In this document: in pieces, positions 37,097 through 47,458 of the stretch
How the letters are laid out: each line of letters begins with the position of its first letter
Position numbering within the stretch: position 1 is the first letter of the stretch
Source of the DNA: Candidatus Nomurabacteria bacterium GW2011_GWE1_32_28
GTDB lineage: Bacteria > Patescibacteriota > Minisyncoccia > Phycocordibacterales > UBA9973
Length of the DNA: 64,000 nt
Assembly: GCA_000989515.1 (NCBI GenBank)
Contig: LBOM01000003.1
Span: 15,411-79,410 of the forward strand
Direction of reading: 5' to 3'
Translations under genes and position numbers: made by a program
The notes under the pieces: generated by a model
The model's database searches: none
Told to the model about the DNA's origin: nothing
What the model saw: only the letters and a program-made list of their open reading frames with translations

Positions 37097-39859
37097 CTAT
37101 TGCATAGTAGAATACCTAGACATTATTTCTGCCTCCACCTCTTCCCTATCTCTTCCATATTTCATATATGAAAGTTCTTTTAGACTATCTACAATTTCCT
37201 TATTTCCCTCTTCTGGTGCTAATGTTTTTATATTAAATGGTTTTGTAGGCTGACCACCCACAAGCATATTCATATAAGCATTATAATTATCTAATTTTGT
37301 TATATCATTTGCTGTAAATTGAGGCTTAAATTTAGGTTCCAAAAATGTTGCATCTTCTGTACCTACTCTAAACACAGCCATCGAACCAACGTTACCAAAA
37401 ACCGCATTTTTTATATTTTCTTCAAGCTGAGTAATATATTGATGTGCAATATTTAAAGACAATCTATATTTTCTAGCCTCAGATAAAATAGAAGCGATAG
37501 AATCAGTCGTAACATTTTGAAACTCATCAATATAAAGATAAAAATCATTCATGGGCTTACCAAACATATCTACACGAGAAAGTGCAGCCATTTGGATTTT
37601 ACCTACAAGCACGAGACCAATCAAATTCGCATTTATATTTCCAAGTCTTCCTTTTGAAAGATTTACTAAAAGAATTTTCTTCTCATCCATTATTTTTCTA
37701 AAATTAAATACAGAGTTTTGTTGAAGAACCACTGGACGCATAATGTCATTAGAAATAAAGTTGTCAAATTTTGAAGAAATATATGGTACAAAGTTTGCAA
37801 GAGATTGATCTCCAGAAGTTTGTTCTGCAGATACCCAAAATTGTTTAATGATAGGATTTTTACACTTAGCAAGTTTCATATCACGAAATTCTTTATCAGC
37901 TAAAACACGAGTAATCTCAAGCAATGTTGAACCAGATTCCGGATCTTCCATAACCAAAAAAGCACTATTTCTAAAATACTGTTCAAACATAGCACCTCCT
38001 CCGACTTTCATATCAAAAAGTTTATTAAAGATGCCCATCATTTCATTAACTACAAAAGTTTTCTGTTCTGGATAGCTTGGGTCATACTCAAGCATGTTTA
38101 ATCCCATTGGTCGTTTTGTATAAGCAGGATCAAAATAAATAACATCATCAATACGTTCTTTTGGAATACGTGACAAAATAGTCTGAATATCTGTCCCGTG
38201 TGGGTCAATATAACAACACCCATCACCATTTTTAATATCTTGAGTAATCATATTAAGCATAATATTTGTCTTTCCTGTACCAGTCTGTCCAATAACATAA
38301 AAATGCCTCATACGATCCTCACGTGACATATGAATCATTGTGTCTTTGCCTCTGTAACTATTTACACCCAAGATTATTCCATCTTGAGCTATTTCAAGTG
38401 GTGCAGGAGCAATACCAGCCCTAGTCTCCTTTAATTGAGGCTGACTTCCTATACCTACTGGAAAATGAAATACTGAAGAAAGTTCTTTTAAATTCATTGG
38501 TAATATTTTATCGTCTGAAAATATACGATATGAAAAATCATGAAAAAGTTGCTTTAAATCACTACCATGAAATTTTTCAAAAATAAAAGAATTACTCGCA
38601 GGTTCCGTAAATTGGTTAAAAGAAGATTGTATTTCATCTAAAATAGCATCAGCTCTCTCTTTTGTGTTTGCAGAAGTAATAATACGAATATTTGCTTTCA
38701 TAATAGTACTTTTCATTTTATTACCTATCTTTTCTATTGCTCCTTCATCTACAGCCCTCCTACCTTTTATGTATTTTTCTTCTGGTTTTTCTTCTTTTTT
38801 CTTTACACCAAAAATTAAACTTTTTGAAGCTTTGAAAAAGGCACGATTAAATTTATAGAAATTATCTGCAGCATGTTTTACTGATGAACCACTCTTTACA
38901 TCATCTAAAATAATATGAAATTCGTTTATAAATTTTTCTCCAGCAGGAGCCACCACAAGCTGTATGGCCGCACCTTCTCCTTCTGTTTTTAATTTAGAAA
39001 AAACATTAAGAATAATATTCATAGGGTCATGCTCAATCTGGTCATAAGTCCTTATTGGTAAAACTCCTCGCTCAGAAAAGCTAGCATAAGCACCAGCAGA
39101 TATACCCTTTTCATTAAAAATATTATAATCATCTTTTACCTCAAAAACTTTTGCATCATGATAAAAAGAAAGTACTTGTTTTTCAAAAAGTGAAATATGT
39201 TTATTTGGTATCGCTGCAAAAATAATAACTTGATCAGATACTACATCAAGTGCAACTTCCAATGTAAAATAATTTTCTTTTTCATTATTTCTTCCTTCTG
39301 AGATAGAATTCATTCCAGCGTAAAATTGCTCCATTGCACCAATAAATTCCTTAAAACCTTTTTCCTTGTCTCCTTCCTCTCTTGGTGGTGGTAATGTTAT
39401 TTCAAAAAGAGTCATATTAAGAGATTTATATAAAGGAGTACCTTCTTTTAAATCAAAAAATCGTCCAGTTTTAAAGTATTGAATTAATATTCTATGAAAA
39501 TCATCATCTATGTGTGGATTTGCCATAGTCTCTACTATAGATAATGCATTACGAACTCCTTTAGTTATTACAATACCTAAAAGTTCTTCCATTATCGTAT
39601 CATGTAGTTCAGGTTTTAGTTGTAAAACTATGGCTTCTGTTTCTTTTTTATCTAAAATATTATTTTTATGTATAATTTGTTCTATTGGTTTTTCTTTGTA
39701 TTCTTTTATAATATCTTTTACTGCATTCTCATTCGCATATTCAAAACGTCCTATGTCAATAAGTTCTTGTTCTCTCTTAGAGACATGAGCACGCAAATAA
39801 TTAATCTCTTCTTCCGGAGTATTAAATTTTGGCATCTCATTTAAAAAAGATCCTTCCAT
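37097..39859 (-). CDS. TraG/VirD4/HerA-like (DUF87) ATPase
   Basis: RH.YVIGQTGTGKT, IDPHG, LYIDEFQN, SEARKY. Confidence 0.85.
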   Translation of the reverse strand: MEGSFLNEMPKFNTPEEEINYLRAHVSKREQELIDIGRFEYANENAVKDIIKEYKEKPIEQIIHKNNILDKKETEAIVLQLKPELHDTIMEELLGIVITKGVRNALSIVETMANPHIDDDFHRILIQYFKTGRFFDLKEGTPLYKSLNMTLFEITLPPPREEGDKEKGFKEFIGAMEQFYAGMNSISEGRNNEKENYFTLEVALDVVSDQVIIFAAIPNKHISLFEKQVLSFYHDAKVFEVKDDYNIFNEKGISAGAYASFSERGVLPIRTYDQIEHDPMNIILNVFSKLKTEGEGAAIQLVVAPAGEKFINEFHIILDDVKSGSSVKHAADNFYKFNRAFFKASKSLIFGVKKKEEKPEEKYIKGRRAVDEGAIEKIGNKMKSTIMKANIRIITSANTKERADAILDEIQSSFNQFTEPASNSFIFEKFHGSDLKQLFHDFSYRIFSDDKILPMNLKELSSVFHFPVGIGSQPQLKETRAGIAPAPLEIAQDGIILGVNSYRGKDTMIHMSREDRMRHFYVIGQTGTGKTNIMLNMITQDIKNGDGCCYIDPHGTDIQTILSRIPKERIDDVIYFDPAYTKRPMGLNMLEYDPSYPEQKTFVVNEMMGIFNKLFDMKVGGGAMFEQYFRNSAFLVMEDPESGSTLLEITRVLADKEFRDMKLAKCKNPIIKQFWVSAEQTSGDQSLANFVPYISSKFDNFISNDIMRPVVLQQNSVFNFRKIMDEKKILLVNLSKGRLGNINANLIGLVLVGKIQMAALSRVDMFGKPMNDFYLYIDEFQNVTTDSIASILSEARKYRLSLNIAHQYITQLEENIKNAVFGNVGSMAVFRVGTEDATFLEPKFKPQFTANDITKLDNYNAYMNMLVGGQPTKPFNIKTLAPEEGNKEIVDSLKELSYMKYGRDREEVEAEIMSRYSTMQ

Positions 39860-39922
39860 TGTTTAATTATACAACAAAAAACAAATTTTAAAAATGCTAA
39901 AAAAAATTTATTCTTAAGTTTT

Positions 39923-40690
39923 TTATATTTTAGTTAAAATTTCTGGCTCACCCTCGGTGATTAAAATAGTATGTTCAAAATGTGCACTTTTTTTACCATC
40001 GGCCGTACGAAATGTCCACCCGTCTTCGTCTAAAATAACATTCTTTGTTCCATTATTTAACATTGGTTCTAATGCTATTACCATACCAGGAACAAGTTTT
40101 GCACCAGTACCAGATTTTCCAAAATTTGGTATATATGGATCTTCATGAACTTTTTTTCCAACTCCGTGACCAGACAAAACTTCAACAATACCATATCTAT
40201 ATTTGCGAACAAAATTCTCTATTGCAAAACCTATATCACCTATTCTATTTCCTCCTTGAGACACAGCAATACCCACTTTGAGAGCATCCTCAGTCGCTTT
40301 CATAAGTTTTATTGATGAATTACTTACTTCGCCAACACCAGCAGTAAGCGCCATATCAGTAAAGAGTCCTTTGTGTTTAAGGCCTAAGTCAATAGACACA
40401 ATATCTCCTTCTTTTAATATTCTTTTTGCATCTGGAATACCATGAACAACTTCATTGTTTACAGAGACACAAAGCGACGCTGGGAATGGGGAATCTGCAC
40501 CCTCTGGACGATAATTTAAAAAAGCTGGCTCATCACCCATTTCTTTTATTAATTTAAAAGCGTAATCATCTAAATCTTTAGTAGAAATGCCTGGTTTTAT
40601 TATATCCCTAACTTTATAAAGAACAGTGGCCAAACGCTTACCACCTTCTCTTAATATCTCTATTTCTTCTTTTGTTTTAATTATTATCAT
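39923..40690 (-). CDS. map: methionine aminopeptidase type I
   Basis: VVHGIP, GHGVG, EPM, SAHFEHT. Confidence 0.97.
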   Translation of the reverse strand: MIIIKTKEEIEILREGGKRLATVLYKVRDIIKPGISTKDLDDYAFKLIKEMGDEPAFLNYRPEGADSPFPASLCVSVNNEVVHGIPDAKRILKEGDIVSIDLGLKHKGLFTDMALTAGVGEVSNSSIKLMKATEDALKVGIAVSQGGNRIGDIGFAIENFVRKYRYGIVEVLSGHGVGKKVHEDPYIPNFGKSGTGAKLVPGMVIALEPMLNNGTKNVILDEDGWTFRTADGKKSAHFEHTILITEGEPEILTKI

Positions 40691-40796
40691 AAAAATTAAA
40701 TAATTCCAGACTTTTAAAATAAAAATTATATATGCTGTACATCATCGTGACACAAAGACAAAAACTCAGAAATTTTTTATTTTTAAAATATAAAAT

Positions 40797-41480
40797 CTAA
40801 TAAATTGTTGTTCCATTAAACTCTTCTCCATTTAAATACTTAGCCAAATTATCTAGAGGTTTACCATTCATTATTACAACCTCCATACCTTCTTTTTCAG
40901 CAAGTTGAGAGGCAATAGGATCAAATGGGGAATTAAGCCCAGGATTCCATTCTTCTGGAATTAATTTTCTATATTCTGTCCAAGAAATTTTTTCGATTTT
41001 TTTAGCATTTGGGTCTATTTTGGGGTCAGAATCATAGACATAATCAGTATTTGATAAATTAATAATCTTCTTTGCACCTACATTTTTTGCTATTACAACA
41101 GCATCCCAATCAGTACTATGTCCAGGCTTATTTGCTGAACCCACTACTATCGGTTTATCAAAAACAAGAGATTCCATTGGATCTTTTATTATTTTAGGAT
41201 GAGTATATTCTCTAAAAATAACTCTTAGAAGCTGAGCATTTAATCTCAAAGATGCAATACCTATCCAATCTAAATCATCACTTGATGGCTCAGATATTTC
41301 TTTTGCGACTTCTTGATATTTTCTACAAATTTTTCCTCCTCCAGTTATTATTACAAATTTTTTACCTAATTTAATTTGAGATATTATCAAATTCTTAAAA
41401 CCTTTTAAAAAATCAATATCAATATCATCAGGAATAATAAGAGAACCACCCAACGAAATAATAACAGTTTCTTTTTCCAT
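40797..41480 (-). CDS. pyrH: UMP kinase, archaeal type
   Basis: ISLGGSLI, GGGK..R.Y, PGHSTD, PFDP. Confidence 0.93.
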   Translation of the reverse strand: MEKETVIISLGGSLIIPDDIDIDFLKGFKNLIISQIKLGKKFVIITGGGKICRKYQEVAKEISEPSSDDLDWIGIASLRLNAQLLRVIFREYTHPKIIKDPMESLVFDKPIVVGSANKPGHSTDWDAVVIAKNVGAKKIINLSNTDYVYDSDPKIDPNAKKIEKISWTEYRKLIPEEWNPGLNSPFDPIASQLAEKEGMEVVIMNGKPLDNLAKYLNGEEFNGTTIY

Positions 41481-41484
41481 AAAA

Positions 41485-42081
41485 TTAATTTACCAAAAAA
41501 CCCAATTTACTAATAATTTCTTTATGTACATCTTCTACACCTTGCTCACCATTTATTGTATATATAGTATATTCATCTTTATTTTTAAAATAATTCATAG
41601 CAGGTATGACATTATTTTCATATTCATCAAATCTTCTTGCTATTCCCTCTTTTGTATCATCATGTCTAGCACGCAACATCATTCTTCTAATCGCTTCATC
41701 TTTCTCAACTTCAATATAAATTATTTTTATATCTTTTCTTTTATAAAACTGCATCATGGATTCAAATGTTTCGGATTGACTTACATTGCGTGGATATCCA
41801 TCTGATATTAGATGTTTCTCTGGTGTAAGAAAAGAAGTTAAAATATTAGTAAAAATCGCATTAGTCAAAAAATTTGGTTGAAGCTCGCCACGTATAACAG
41901 AATCTTTTATTAAGGTTCCAATATAACTCCCATTCTCCATGAGTTTCCTATATTCATTTCCAGTAGAAGTTTTTATACATTCACGTCCATCTTTTTTTTC
42001 TAAAACATTAGCCAACAATTCTGCTTGTGTTCCCTTACCAGAGCCCACTTGCCCAAAAAATATAAAAGTTTGTGCTTGCAT
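41485..42081 (-). CDS. adk: adenylate kinase family (short LID)
   Basis: GQVGSGKGTQA, DGYPR, RARHDD; start re-called at ATG 42081. Confidence 0.85.
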   Translation of the reverse strand: MQAQTFIFFGQVGSGKGTQAELLANVLEKKDGRECIKTSTGNEYRKLMENGSYIGTLIKDSVIRGELQPNFLTNAIFTNILTSFLTPEKHLISDGYPRNVSQSETFESMMQFYKRKDIKIIYIEVEKDEAIRRMMLRARHDDTKEGIARRFDEYENNVIPAMNYFKNKDEYTIYTINGEQGVEDVHKEIISKLGFLVN

Positions 42082-42102
42082 ATATGCTATAATAGCATAT
42101 AT
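42080..42102. promoter_or_regulatory. palindromic bidirectional extended -10 promoter
   Basis: atatatgctat-a-atagcatatat; TGCTATAAT on +, TGCTATTAT on -. Confidence 0.7.
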
Positions 42103-42103
42103 T

Positions 42104-42673
42104 ATGAAAAAGGAAATTATAACAATTTGCGGTAGTCTAGGTAGTGGAAAATCAAGCACAGCAAAAAAAGTAGCTGAAATTTTAGAATTTAAACATTTTT
42201 CTTCTGGAGATTTTTTTAGGCAAGCCGGAATTGATCTTGGCCTTTCTGTTACAGAATTAAATATTAAAGCTGAAACTGACCCACAAATTGATGTTATGGT
42301 TGATGAAAAATTAAGACAACTTAATCATTCAGAAAAAATCGTAATTGACTCTCGTACTGCTTATCACTGGATTCCAGAATCTTTTAAGGTATATCTAGAC
42401 TTGTCTACTGATATAGCTAAAGAAAGAATACTGAACAGTATAAAAGAAAATAAACTACGCAAACAAAGTGAACAAGTAAACACAAGCGAAGAACTTTTAA
42501 AAAAAATGACTGAGCGTTTTGAAAGTGAACAAAAAAGATATTGGGATTTATATAAAATAAATAATACAGATAAAAAACAATTTGATTTAATAATAGATAC
42601 AAACAAAAACAACCTTGAAGAAGTTGTTAATATAGTTGTTTCAGAATATAAAAAATGGATAGAAAAAAATTAA
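42104..42673 (+). CDS. cmk: cytidylate kinase, archaeal type
   Basis: ITICGSLGSGKS, SSGDFFR, IDSR, SE.KRY..LY; start re-called at ATG 42104. Confidence 0.85.
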   Translation: MKKEIITICGSLGSGKSSTAKKVAEILEFKHFSSGDFFRQAGIDLGLSVTELNIKAETDPQIDVMVDEKLRQLNHSEKIVIDSRTAYHWIPESFKVYLDLSTDIAKERILNSIKENKLRKQSEQVNTSEELLKKMTERFESEQKRYWDLYKINNTDKKQFDLIIDTNKNNLEEVVNIVVSEYKKWIEKN

Positions 42674-42699
42674 AAAACTCCTAATAAAAGGAGTTTTTT
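42673..42699. terminator. bidirectional terminator between cmk and secY
   Basis: aaaaaactcct-aataaa-aggagttttt. Confidence 0.7.
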
Positions 42700-42736
42700 A
42701 AACTAATATCTAGGACTTAAGGCCTAATAGATAATT

Positions 42737-44008
42737 CTAATATTCTCTCATTGAAATTTGAGCATCTACTTTTTTGATCAAATCTAGAACAACAGAAACG
42801 ACAATGAGAAGAGCTGTACCGCCAAGCGCTATCGCACTAATACCAGTAAGAGATCTAACGATAAGAGGCAAAACAGCAATAAATCCTAAAAAGGTTGCTC
42901 CAAGTAATGTTATACGACTTAAAACTTTTGAAATATAAAGAGAAGTAGATACACCTGGACGGATACCTGGAATAAACGCACCATTCTTTTGTAAATTAGT
43001 AGCAAGCGCCTCTGGGTCGAAAGTAACTGCTGTATAAAAATAAGTAAAAAGAAATACTAATATAAAATAAAGAACAGCATATACTACGCTTGTCTGTGAA
43101 AATGTCATAAGTACTTTAGAGATACTCAACAAGACAGAGTTAGAAGAACTTGCTAAAAAAGTACCTATCATTTGAGGAAACATCAATAAAGAAAGAGCAA
43201 AAATTATTGGAATAACACCAGCTTGGTTTACGCGAAGTGGTAGATACGTAGAACCTCCACCATACATCTTTGCACCCCTCACGCGCTTCGCATAAGTAAC
43301 AGGGATAGGACGTTCTGCTTCTGTGACAACGACAACTCCAGCCACAACCAACGCACCAGCAACAATAAATAACAGGAAAAGAGGAATTTGAGAAACATCA
43401 AATGTAAAGATAAGCTGACTTATCTCTGTTGGAAGCTGTGAAATAATACCAGCAAAAATTATTAGAGAAACTCCATTTCCAATACCAAATTCAGACATAA
43501 GTTCCCCAATCCACATTAATAACATTGAACCCGCTATAACAATAATGATATTAGTAACACGATCAAAAACAGTCAAATTTACTAAAATCTTTTGACTTTC
43601 AAGAATAGCTAAGAGACTAAAACCTTGAATAGCTGCAAGAGGTATAGTAAGTAATCTTGAATATTGAGTGAATCTTTTTCTTCCTGCCTCTCCTTCTTCG
43701 TGATAAATTCTTTTTAATGCAGGAATCATAATAGTTAAAAGTTGCATTATAATAGAACTAGTAATATATGGACCAACACCCAACATTATAATAGATAGGT
43801 TTGAAAGACCACCTCCAGAAAATATATTCAAAATACCAAAAAATTGATTATTAGTTAAAAAACGACTTAGTTCCAATGTATCAATACCTGGAATAGGAAT
43901 AGAAGAAAGTAATCTAAAAATTACTAAAGAGAAAAGAACAAACAAAACTCTTTTTCTTAAAACAGTATCAGTCCAGATTAATTTTATTTTGTTCCAAAAA
44001 TTTTTCAT
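42737..44008 (-). CDS. secY: preprotein translocase SecY
   Basis: LGVGPYIT, GIGNG.SL, IPGIRPG, GGTALLI. Confidence 0.98.
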   Translation of the reverse strand: MKNFWNKIKLIWTDTVLRKRVLFVLFSLVIFRLLSSIPIPGIDTLELSRFLTNNQFFGILNIFSGGGLSNLSIIMLGVGPYITSSIIMQLLTIMIPALKRIYHEEGEAGRKRFTQYSRLLTIPLAAIQGFSLLAILESQKILVNLTVFDRVTNIIIVIAGSMLLMWIGELMSEFGIGNGVSLIIFAGIISQLPTEISQLIFTFDVSQIPLFLLFIVAGALVVAGVVVVTEAERPIPVTYAKRVRGAKMYGGGSTYLPLRVNQAGVIPIIFALSLLMFPQMIGTFLASSSNSVLLSISKVLMTFSQTSVVYAVLYFILVFLFTYFYTAVTFDPEALATNLQKNGAFIPGIRPGVSTSLYISKVLSRITLLGATFLGFIAVLPLIVRSLTGISAIALGGTALLIVVSVVLDLIKKVDAQISMREY

Positions 44009-44011
44009 ATT

Positions 44012-44533
44012 TTATTTTTCCTTTTTTGTCTTAACCTTGATTTCTTCTTTTTTTTCTTTTATTTTAATTTCTTTTTCTTTTTTAATCTCTTTTGCTTCAG
44101 AAATAACCTCACCTCCTGCTTTTATTATTTTTTCTTTTGCAGAATCTGAAACGAAACATTTAGAAACTTGTATTTTTACAATTATATCATCCTTACCATT
44201 AAGAATTTTTATTTTGGGAATCCAGCCTTTTACTTTTTTAATAATTTTTGATTCCAGTAATAAAGTAGGGTTTACTTCTCCACCCTTGGGATATGATTTA
44301 ATTATAGTATCAAGAGATACACCTATTGGTTTTATGGCAAAAGAATTAAATTTATACCCACGGTTCTTTGGTAATTTTTTGATGATATCACGGAGTTCTG
44401 GACGACGTTTATTACCTGCTCGAGCTGTCTGGCCCTTACCTCCTCTACCAGAAGTCTTAGCATGTTTACCTCCACGTCCAACTAGACGATCTTTTTTATT
44501 CTTATGTTCTCTTTTTAAATTATGTATTTGCAT
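44012..44533 (-). CDS. rplO: 50S ribosomal protein uL15
   Basis: GRGG...KTSGRGGKGQTAR; Lys/Glu-rich tail. Confidence 0.95.
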   Translation of the reverse strand: MQIHNLKREHKNKKDRLVGRGGKHAKTSGRGGKGQTARAGNKRRPELRDIIKKLPKNRGYKFNSFAIKPIGVSLDTIIKSYPKGGEVNPTLLLESKIIKKVKGWIPKIKILNGKDDIIVKIQVSKCFVSDSAKEKIIKAGGEVISEAKEIKKEKEIKIKEKKEEIKVKTKKEK

Positions 44534-44560
44534 TGTGTTGGTTGCTAATTTCTAGTAATT

Positions 44561-45124
44561 TTATTTTTCAACTTTTGGGACAACAACTTCTTTATTTTTT
44601 AGAATAGTACTTTCAGGGGCAATTTTTACATATTTAGAAGAAATTTGAGAAAGTGCTGCTATTACTGCCTTAGAGTTATTTAATTTATTTTTACTACCAG
44701 ATAAAATCTTACCTGTAATATCTTTCATACCAGCCAATTTGGCAATATCGCGCACTACTGTACCTGCGACAAGACCACGTCCCTTGTTTGGCATAAGTAC
44801 AACAGATGAACTTGAAAATTTAGCAGAAACTTCATGAGGAATAGACATACTTTTTGTAAGCTTTAGTCTAACCATATTTTTCTTTGCATTTCTTACTGCT
44901 TTATTTATAGCAAGAGAAGTATCACCAGCTTTCCCTAGTCCAAGACCTATAGCTCCTTTTTTGTCTCCAGCAACTAATGCGACACTAAAAGAAAATCTAC
45001 GTCCTCCAGCGACAACACGGGTAACACGACGAATATTAAGAATTTTCTGATCAAATTCAGGCTTTGGTCTTCCAAAAGATGAAGATCGTCGAGTATTATT
45101 TCTTTTTTTATTTTCTCCTTCCAT
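44561..45124 (-). CDS. rpsE: 30S ribosomal protein uS5
   Basis: RVTRVVAGGRRFSF. Confidence 0.97.
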   Translation of the reverse strand: MEGENKKRNNTRRSSSFGRPKPEFDQKILNIRRVTRVVAGGRRFSFSVALVAGDKKGAIGLGLGKAGDTSLAINKAVRNAKKNMVRLKLTKSMSIPHEVSAKFSSSSVVLMPNKGRGLVAGTVVRDIAKLAGMKDITGKILSGSKNKLNNSKAVIAALSQISSKYVKIAPESTILKNKEVVVPKVEK

Positions 45125-45132
45125 AATTTTTA

Positions 45133-45474
45133 TTAAAACTTTAGACCAGCAACTCGTGCTTCGTCGGCTACTAATTTTATACGTCCAGTGTATCTAAATC
45201 CATTTCGATCAAAAACAACCTTATTAATTTTAATCTTATTGCAAGCTTCTGCAATCATCTTACCTACTTCTTTTGCTCTTTCTGATTTTGTACCTTTTGT
45301 AATTTTTATATCACTAGCTTGCGCTAAAGTATTACCCTTTTGATCATCAATAACTTGTGCATAAATAAATTTATTAGAACGAAATACAGACAATCGAGGA
45401 CTTATAGAAGTACCAAAAATTTTTGATCTAATTTTAGCTTTTAATCTTATTCTTTTGTCATTTTTCTTTTGCAT
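45133..45474 (-). CDS. rplR: 50S ribosomal protein uL18
   Basis: PRLSVFRSN, VVFDR. Confidence 0.97.
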   Translation of the reverse strand: MQKKNDKRIRLKAKIRSKIFGTSISPRLSVFRSNKFIYAQVIDDQKGNTLAQASDIKITKGTKSERAKEVGKMIAEACNKIKINKVVFDRNGFRYTGRIKLVADEARVAGLKF

Positions 45475-45505
45475 TTTAAATTCGTAATTGATAATTCGTA
45501 ATTGA

Positions 45506-46039
45506 TTACGCTGTCTTTTTACCTTGTTTTCGTCTTATAACTTCATTTTCATAACGCATCCCTTTTCCTTTATATGGCTCTGGTTTCTTTAATGCACGTA
45601 TAGATGCAGCAAAACTTCCAACCAATTCTTTATCAATACCTGTAATTGTAATAACATTTTTCTCTGCTGTTGCTGTGATCCCTTCTGGAATAGAAGCTAC
45701 AACTGGATGAGAAAATCCTAAAGCAAAATTAAATTCATTACCCTTAACCTCAGATTTGAATCCAACTCCTTCTAATATTATTTTTTTCTGGTACGGAGTT
45801 TCTACGCCATTAATCATATTTTTTATATGAGAAGCATAAGTACCCCAAAGAGATTTTGAAAATTTATCGTTCCTTTTAATATTTAAAGTTATTATATTAT
45901 CTGTAATAGTTATAGTAATATCATTACGAAAAGTTTTTACTAACGTTCCTTTTGGTCCAACAACTTTTAAAATATCACCACTTTTTGTGACTTCAACTCC
46001 TTTTGGTATTAGTATTTCTTGTTTGCCTATTCTACTCAT
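45506..46039 (-). CDS. rplF: 50S ribosomal protein uL6
   Basis: MSRIGK, PEPYKGKG. Confidence 0.97.
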   Translation of the reverse strand: MSRIGKQEILIPKGVEVTKSGDILKVVGPKGTLVKTFRNDITITITDNIITLNIKRNDKFSKSLWGTYASHIKNMINGVETPYQKKIILEGVGFKSEVKGNEFNFALGFSHPVVASIPEGITATAEKNVITITGIDKELVGSFAASIRALKKPEPYKGKGMRYENEVIRRKQGKKTA

Positions 46040-46082
46040 TTTTTTAATTCGTAATTTGTAATTATTAATTCGTAATCACCTA

Positions 46083-46469
46083 CTACCAGAATTTAAATAA
46101 CGCTTCACCTCCGACCTGTTCTTTTCTTGCTTCTTTCCCTGACAAAATTCCTTTTGGTGTTGAAAGAACAAGAAGCCCTGAACCATTTCTAACTGAATGA
46201 ATATCTTTCATTTTTAAATAAACACGTCGAGACTGTTTAGAAATCCTTTGAACTTCTGTAATTTTAGGATTTTTATCTATATAAACTAATTTAATCTCTA
46301 AAACAGGAAAACCCTTTTTGGTTTTTTTTGAAACTTCGTTTACATATCCTTCCTTCTTTAGACATAGAGCTATTGCATTCTTCATATTAGAATATGGCAA
46401 AGAAACAGACTCCTTGCCTGCGAGACTTGCATTCTTTAGCATTATTATCATGTTTGAAATTGAATCCAT
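46083..46469 (-). CDS. rpsH: 30S ribosomal protein uS8
   Basis: RISK..RRVY, STPKG, GGE. Confidence 0.96.
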   Translation of the reverse strand: MDSISNMIIMLKNASLAGKESVSLPYSNMKNAIALCLKKEGYVNEVSKKTKKGFPVLEIKLVYIDKNPKITEVQRISKQSRRVYLKMKDIHSVRNGSGLLVLSTPKGILSGKEARKEQVGGEALFKFW

Positions 46470-46521
46470 AATTGTTTAAATATTTATTGGTACTTCGTAA
46501 TTGTTAATTCGTAGTTAGTTT

Positions 46522-46707
46522 CTACCAGCTTGATTTTCTAACACCAGGAAGCATACCTTCGTTGGCTAATTCTCTGAAACAAATACGACATACTCCAAAA
46601 TCTCTCATAAAACCGTTACCTCTTCCACAACGAAAACATCGATTTTTTTGTCGAGTAGAAAATTTCATCTTCTTTTTTGATCTTGCTATAACTGATGTCT
46701 TTGCCAT
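46522..46707 (-). CDS. rpsZ: 30S ribosomal protein uS14, zinc-binding type Z
   Basis: MAKTS..., CFRCGR...CRICFRE; start re-called at ATG 46707. Confidence 0.95.
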   Translation of the reverse strand: MAKTSVIARSKKKMKFSTRQKNRCFRCGRGNGFMRDFGVCRICFRELANEGMLPGVRKSSW

Positions 46708-46853
46708 AAAATAATATTGGGAGAGTTTTAGAATATCACACTTTTTTTCTTGTTCTTTCAATTTTATCTGAAAAGACAAGGAGAAAAATGGATTAATTAA
46801 AACTATATTCCCTTATTGCTATACTAGCAGAAAATAATTAGATAGTCAAATAT

Positions 46854-47417
46854 TTATTTTTTTCTTTCCTCTCCTTTTTTAAAAGGAATACCTAGGAGTT
46901 CAAAAAATGCCATTCCCTCTTTCTTGTCTTTAGCAGTAGAAACAACAGTAATAGCTAATCCAAAAACATCTTTTATATCTTCATCTGCAGTCTCAGGGAA
47001 GATTGTATGTTCTTTTATACCTATTGTAATATTACCAAGACTATCTACTGTACTAGTATTAATACCACGAAAATCTTTTGTTCTAGGAAGTGCAACATTT
47101 ATAAGTTTTTCTAAAAAAGTATACATTCTTTTTCCACGCAATGTTACAACAACACCAATAGGGTCACCCTGTCTAACCTTAAAGGATGCGATTGATTGTT
47201 TAGCACCACGAAAAGCTCCTTTTTGTCCTGTAATTTTTGCTAAACGTTCGACGATAGCATCATTTTTATTTTTATCTTTTTTGATAGCAGTTCCTGTACC
47301 AACATTCAAAATAACCTTTACTGCCTTTGGTGCAGCCATAGAATTTTTATAATGAAAAATACTTTTCATTTTTTCAAAACTTTCTTTTTCTTTTTCTTTT
47401 ACAGTTAGATGTTTCAT
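46854..47417 (-). CDS. rplE: 50S ribosomal protein uL5
   Basis: ITGQK, VTLRG, LPRTKDFRG. Confidence 0.97.
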   Translation of the reverse strand: MKHLTVKEKEKESFEKMKSIFHYKNSMAAPKAVKVILNVGTGTAIKKDKNKNDAIVERLAKITGQKGAFRGAKQSIASFKVRQGDPIGVVVTLRGKRMYTFLEKLINVALPRTKDFRGINTSTVDSLGNITIGIKEHTIFPETADEDIKDVFGLAITVVSTAKDKKEGMAFFELLGIPFKKGEERKK

Positions 47418-47458
47418 AATTTTTGATCTCCAATTCGTAATTGATAATTCGTAATTGA

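Noticed and set aside
37097-39859. TraG/VirD4-like ATPase as evidence of a conjugative element
   Set aside because: No relaxase, VirB genes or integrase nearby; flanked by housekeeping genes, and such ATPases are common in CPR chromosomes.
41939-42159. Overlapping long versions of adk and cmk
   Set aside because: Both P-loops sit right after ATG 42081 (-) and ATG 42104 (+); the extensions are antisense read-through.
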